From: a virus
Lineage: Duplodnaviria; Caudoviricetes
DNA length: 24,969 nucleotides
Virus record (IMG/VR): IMGVR_UViG_3300043756_000005
Coordinates: 1-24,969 of that record
Reading direction: 5' to 3' (one strand)
Below, in pieces: positions 21,796 to 24,969 of this stretch (positions within the stretch are counted from its first letter, which is position 1; each line of letters starts with the position of its first letter). The notes below the pieces were generated by a model that was not told the origin of the DNA, ran no database searches, and saw only the letters and a list, made by a program, of their open reading frames with translations. A program made the translations under genes and the position numbers.

Positions 21796-23313
21796 TTAGG
21801 AGCCGGTTGACTTCCGGGCCTGATTACCGCTGTTGCCCTGCGGCGGCTTGGCTGCCGCCTTCTGAGCGTCCGGCGAAGGACTGCCGGCGTTCTGGGGAGC
21901 CGGGCTGTTGCCCGGTCCGGGCTTCGTGGTCGGGGTAGGACCGACCGGGTTCTGACCTGCAAGCGGGTCCTGCACGGGCATGGGGAACTTCTGCGCCAGT
22001 TCCATTGCGGCCTTGGCGTCGGCCTCCCTCATGTCCTGGAAGCGTGCAACCTGCTGCGGGGTGTAGCCCGCGTCAGAGAGGAGCTGGTCCCGGGGGACAC
22101 CGATCATCTGGAGCTTCAACAACGCGTCCATCTGCTGAGCCTCGGTGTGGTTCTCCGGGTCCTTCCAGATCGTCTCTGCCGAATACGCCTGCGAGCGCGG
22201 GTCGTTGAGGACCGCGAAGCACAAGCGCATGACCTCTTCCCACGCCTCACCGAAGTGCAGCATTCGCTCTCGGGTCTTGGCGATCAGGCCAGCCTCAGCG
22301 GCCGTGATGCTCTCACCCGAGGGAACTGCTCCACCGTTCAGGAAGTAGTGGAAGGGGATTCTGGAAATCGAGGCCATGTGCTGAACCAGCATCTCGATCA
22401 GAGACACGTAGTTGCCCAGGTCGGCAGCCTCGAACTGCCCGAACTTGGCGTTCGGGTCTTCGGCTTGAAGCAGCTTGTCCACCGCAACCTTGAAGGGCTC
22501 GATGGGGTTGCCGTTGTCGTCCTCCACGATTTCCAGGCCCGTCACGTACCGCTGCGGCCAGGCCGCGTACTCCGACGCCACCAGGGCGTCAGCGGTCGTC
22601 TTGTTGATGGCGTCCTGGATCGGGATGACCACGTGAAGGTCAGAGACCGGATCGCGTAGCAGGCGCGACCTGTTCGAGATGGGCACGACCGGCACGACCC
22701 CGAGGGGGTTCGGTGAGCGGGTCGGGTTCTCCCAGGAGAAGGTTCCCTTGGCGAAGGTGTAGACCGCATCGGGCAGCCACAGCGTCACCCATTCCCGGCC
22801 CCAGTCATCGAAGTAGAACTTCGCAGCCGCGTCGATGTCTCGGCGGGAACCGGGGTGGTACTGGACGATGACGTGTTCCGCGGACTCCATGGTGATGGTC
22901 GGCTTGCCGTCCGAGTCAGCCCAGACAACGGCGTAGGCGACACCCTGAATCATCGCGTCGAGCTGAGCGGCGTTGGACTCGGCGTCCATGTAGTTCCGCT
23001 GCCAGATGTCCTGTGCGTCCTTGTCGGCATCAGGCTCATCGGTCATTCGGAAGCCGTCGATGGCCAAGCGCTCGTTAACGCTGTCCACGATCAGGCCACA
23101 GAAGTTGTCTCGCCACTGCTCGAAGATGTTGGAGAAGTGGTTGAAGTGCCGCACCTGGGAGAACATGAGTCGCTGGTGCCGGCCGTCGTAATACTGACCG
23201 TAGACCTGGTATGTCGCCCTGCGGCGAGCCAGCTTGGAGTAGAGCCAGTCAATCCACTGCTCGGGAGTGGAAGGCGCAATGCCTACCGGAACTTCAGTCG
23301 GGGAAACACTCAA
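21796..23313 (-). CDS. Portal protein, SPP1 gp6-like (505 aa)
   Basis: YYDGRH, NFCGLIVDSVNERL, NPLGVVPVV, AAWPQRYVTG, FGQFEAADL, SGESI, FGEAWEEVMRL. Confidence 0.93.
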   Translation of the reverse strand: MSVSPTEVPVGIAPSTPEQWIDWLYSKLARRRATYQVYGQYYDGRHQRLMFSQVRHFNHFSNIFEQWRDNFCGLIVDSVNERLAIDGFRMTDEPDADKDAQDIWQRNYMDAESNAAQLDAMIQGVAYAVVWADSDGKPTITMESAEHVIVQYHPGSRRDIDAAAKFYFDDWGREWVTLWLPDAVYTFAKGTFSWENPTRSPNPLGVVPVVPISNRSRLLRDPVSDLHVVIPIQDAINKTTADALVASEYAAWPQRYVTGLEIVEDDNGNPIEPFKVAVDKLLQAEDPNAKFGQFEAADLGNYVSLIEMLVQHMASISRIPFHYFLNGGAVPSGESITAAEAGLIAKTRERMLHFGEAWEEVMRLCFAVLNDPRSQAYSAETIWKDPENHTEAQQMDALLKLQMIGVPRDQLLSDAGYTPQQVARFQDMREADAKAAMELAQKFPMPVQDPLAGQNPVGPTPTTKPGPGNSPAPQNAGSPSPDAQKAAAKPPQGNSGNQARKSTGS

Positions 23314-24884
23314 AAGCCAACCACCCTAGCGCGTCGTTTCTTCAGCCGCCCATCTGCAATCGCATCTGCTCGCGCTTCGAACGCGAGAATGGCGCACACT
23401 GCAAGGTCGATCTTCTTTCGGGATCTGGGACTGTCCTTCTGGATCAAAAGTCCCTGGGGTACTTCACGGGTCACGGCATTCAGCACGTGCCGTTGCAGGT
23501 CTTCGTTACCGTCGTGCATCAAGTCTTGGACCATCGCAGCGGTACGGAATCGCTCAACCGCCTGAACCATGCGAGTCGGCTTGTTGGTCCAGAACTCGAA
23601 TACGTAGTCAGTGCCACGCTCGTTGTGCTCAATGGACCAGCGGCCAATATTTTCCTGCCAATACGGCGGGTCCGCGTACATCCACTCAACCCGGTACGTT
23701 CGGAAAGCCATATCCACCGCGGCTTCAACTGCCAGGACATCCACTTCCCAGTCAGGCTGATTGGGGTCTCTCGGGTTCTCCCAGAGGCCCAGGACGAAGA
23801 GCTTGCCGTCCCGCAGGCGGCAGCCGACGATGCCCGTGGCGTCTCCGCGAATGGAGCCGTCGAAGCCGAGGGCGATCTGATCTCCGGGCTTGATGGGGTC
23901 CTGGTCGTCCTGGCAGGCGTCCCACTCCGCCTTGCTCATCCAGCCGTCCGAGGACTCTGCGATGGCGTTGAAGAAGAAGCGGAGGTACGTGCTGTCCGGC
24001 GTCGTGCGGTCGAAGAGGATCGTCCGGGTGAGGCCGTTGATGTCGGCCCACTTCGCGTCCCCGTACGCCTGTATCAGCGCCTCACGAACGCGCACCTGGT
24101 CCCGGAGTTCGCCGGGCTCAATCTCGCCCTCGATGCAGTCGTACAGCCAGTAGCCCTGACGAACCATGTCGGACTCGTGGATCTGCTGGGCAACACTCAG
24201 CTCGTTGGGGTTGTAGGCGTTGGTCGTGGTGACCCACCGAGAACCAGCACTCGTGGTCTTCTCGATGTTTCGCTTGATCGTCTGGTAGAAGTCCGGGCCA
24301 CCGTTCGAGCCGACCCAGTGATGCACCTCGTCCATGAGAGCGAAGGTCGGGCGGTTACCCTCGTTCGTTCGGCCGGCAGTCGCCTTCGGGCGGATCGTGC
24401 CAGGGCGACCAGACTTGAACTGGATGACAGCCTTACCGATGTCGAGGCTGAATTCCTTCTCGGCAGGAGACTCCGAGAGCATTCCTCGGATCATCTCCAT
24501 GGTCTGGTCCGTCTGGTCCAGCGCGGTCGCGCCGATCTGCACAGTGGGCAGAGGCACGCGCTTGGCGACGGGGAGACCGAAGGCGTCCCAGTGGGAGAAG
24601 CGGCAGGGGCCGATGAACTCCACAATGGCCAGGGCCGCCAATAGCGGCGTCTTGCCCCAGCCCTTCGCCCGCCTCAGGGTTCCGGCGCTGTAGCGCCAGG
24701 TGCCGTCTTCCTTGATGGCGTAGAACCAGAGGACGAAGCGGAGCTGTTCAGGGGTGAACTGCCAAGGCTCACCAGCGTTTTCGCCGTCCGGCTGGACGAT
24801 GTACTTCTGACACCAGCGGATGACCTGGTATCCCAGCGTCTCCTTCGGCGACGGAACCCCTGCGGGCAGGTTGCCTGTCTGCAA
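23310..24884 (-). CDS. terL: Terminase large subunit (524 aa)
   Basis: RAKGWGKT (Walker A), ALMDEVH (Walker B), LGFDGSIRGDATG and KIDLAV nuclease motifs. Confidence 0.95.
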   Translation of the reverse strand: MQTGNLPAGVPSPKETLGYQVIRWCQKYIVQPDGENAGEPWQFTPEQLRFVLWFYAIKEDGTWRYSAGTLRRAKGWGKTPLLAALAIVEFIGPCRFSHWDAFGLPVAKRVPLPTVQIGATALDQTDQTMEMIRGMLSESPAEKEFSLDIGKAVIQFKSGRPGTIRPKATAGRTNEGNRPTFALMDEVHHWVGSNGGPDFYQTIKRNIEKTTSAGSRWVTTTNAYNPNELSVAQQIHESDMVRQGYWLYDCIEGEIEPGELRDQVRVREALIQAYGDAKWADINGLTRTILFDRTTPDSTYLRFFFNAIAESSDGWMSKAEWDACQDDQDPIKPGDQIALGFDGSIRGDATGIVGCRLRDGKLFVLGLWENPRDPNQPDWEVDVLAVEAAVDMAFRTYRVEWMYADPPYWQENIGRWSIEHNERGTDYVFEFWTNKPTRMVQAVERFRTAAMVQDLMHDGNEDLQRHVLNAVTREVPQGLLIQKDSPRSRKKIDLAVCAILAFEARADAIADGRLKKRRARVVGF

Positions 24885-24898
24885 GGGCTCACCTCAAT

Positions 24899-24969
24899 TC
24901 ATTCGTTCAAGAGCCGGTACAGCTCCTCGTCTATGTCTGTGGTCTGGGCGACAGCCGCGGCCTCCTGGC
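24899..24969 (-). CDS. 3' end of upstream gene, probably terminase small subunit (…QEAAAVAQTTDIDEELYRLLNE*)
   Basis: Open frame from the window edge to TGA at 24899-24901, just before the terL RBS; product inferred from synteny only. Confidence 0.5.
   Translation of the reverse strand, partial: QEAAAVAQTTDIDEELYRLLNE

Noticed and set aside
1-24969. Integrase, att sites, tRNAs, inteins or introns, in-frame TTA (bldA) codons
   Set aside because: None seen; the TTA trinucleotides inspected were out of frame, but that scan was not exhaustive. Prophage versus free or plasmid phage cannot be decided from this window

Overview
High-GC actinobacterial (most likely Streptomyces-type) siphovirus or prophage segment. 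The minus strand (24969 to 3861) carries an apparently intact morphogenesis and lysis operon: terminase, portal, scaffold, P22-coat-like major capsid, head-tail joining genes, major tail protein, tail assembly chaperones with a G GGA AAC -1 frameshift, a 1906-aa tape measure with an SLT domain, Dit, minor tail proteins, a beta-helix tail spike, a membrane protein, a CHAP-LysM endolysin and a holin candidate. It converges at a hairpin near 3810 with a plus-strand block of non-structural genes (1-3776). The most unusual items are (i) a 62-aa Cys/His-bearing protein resembling only the Lsr2 dimerisation domain, a candidate counter-silencer, next to a stand-alone DUF3987-like ATPase; (ii) a 53-aa hydrophobic gene inserted antisense between the major tail and chaperone genes; (iii) recurrent hairpin and leader motifs shared between early and late genes; and (iv) tandem GAAAU-loop hairpins over the scaffold start. 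All calls come from reading the sequence and recalling protein families; no searches were run. No integrase, att site, tRNA or CRISPR was seen.
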